The position numbers were made by a program, and so were the translations under genes. A DNA stretch of 64,000 nt from an uncultured Acidobacteriota bacterium. GTDB lineage: Bacteria > Acidobacteriota > Terriglobia > Acidiferrales > UBA7541. Shown here in pieces: positions 63,424 to 64,000 of this stretch. The DNA lies in the NCBI GenBank assembly GCA_963698005.1, contig OY969113.1:1209669-1273668 (forward strand), given 5' to 3'. The notes under the pieces were generated by a model. The model ran no database searches. It was not told the DNA's origin and was given only the letters and a program-made list of their open reading frames with translations. How positions within the stretch are numbered: position 1 is the first letter of the stretch; the number at the start of each line of letters is the position of its first letter.

Positions 63424-64000
63424 TAAATTCCCTGAGTGTCTCCCTCAATGATTGTTCTTGCATGGGCGGCCGACTTGAGCGGCAGGGACGCGTGCGCCTG
63501 TGCAAGTGCGAGCAGAAATTTCTCGTTCTCCTCGTGAGTGCCCACGGTCACACGGATCGCGGTGGGAAAGCCCATCCAACGCATAGGCCTGACAATCACT
63601 CCGAGCTTCAGCAATTCCTCCACGAGAGGCTCAGTGTCCATTCCAAATATCACGAGAATGAAATTGGCCACCGAAGGCACGAACGTAATCTTCAAGCTGT
63701 GGAGACCCGATGCCAACTGCGCGACTCCTGCGCGATTGGATTCGACGGACCGGCGCACGTGTTCAGCATCGTGCAAAGCCGCCAAAGCCGCTGCTTGAGC
63801 CACGACCGAGGTGTTGAATGGACCGCGAATCTTGTTCATTTCCGCGAGGAGTGCCGCGGGGCCGATGCCGTAACCAATGCGGAGCCCCGCCAGGCCGTAC
63901 ACCTTGGAGAACGTGCGCAACACGAGAAGATTGCGGCCGCCGCGAACGACGTCTATCGAGCGCGAATAGTTCGGATCGTCGACGTAATCGCAGTAGGCCT
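63423..64000 (-). CDS. hisC: histidinol-phosphate aminotransferase, C-terminal part (gene continues beyond the window)
   Basis: ..NLLVLRTFSKVYGLAGLRIGY PLP-lysine motif. The frame stays open upstream of the track start to position 64000 (..AYCDYVDDP..). Confidence 0.8.
   Translation of the reverse strand, partial: AYCDYVDDPNYSRSIDVVRGGRNLLVLRTFSKVYGLAGLRIGYGIGPAALLAEMNKIRGPFNTSVVAQAAALAALHDAEHVRRSVESNRAGVAQLASGLHSLKITFVPSVANFILVIFGMDTEPLVEELLKLGVIVRPMRWMGFPTAIRVTVGTHEENEKFLLALAQAHASLPLKSAAHARTIIEGDTQGI

Overview
Moderately GC-rich bacterial chromosomal window. Gene content and repeat style suggest Acidobacteriota, but this is inference only. It has two parts. (1) About 1.3-31.2 kb is an accessory island, mostly on the + strand. 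It mixes phage-tail-like genes with ordinary cellular genes. The tail-like set comprises a candidate T7 gp11-like adaptor, a gp12/nozzle-like protein, two tail-fibre/tailspike-like proteins that carry Sec signal peptides, a Hint-domain protein, and a holin-like/SleB-type hydrolase pair. The cellular genes include a NapC/NirT - cNMP-binding - cytochrome c operon, a GNAT, a GAF/fRMsr, an ICMT-family methyltransferase, a STAS protein, a frameshifted beta-helix protein and lipoproteins. I found no capsid, portal, terminase, sheath/tube, integrase, tRNA or att-like repeat. Almost every intergenic spacer in the island carries host-type REP hairpins of the GTAG-palindrome kind; I count 21 copies in 5 families. 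(2) About 31.2-64 kb is housekeeping: dsbA-like, nadE, erpA, icd, fur, rseP-dxr-(amidase)-cdsA-uppS, an Nramp-related transporter with NRMT-type substitutions preceded by a stand-alone MgtE-N/CBS protein and a structured leader with terminator/antiterminator potential, S9 peptidase, mutS, anmK, an SBP, tsaC, MoaD-like/BNR pair, trmH-family, rarA, and partial hisC. No rRNA, tRNA, CRISPR or transposase was recognised. All functional calls come from motif reading of the supplied translations. No database search was run.
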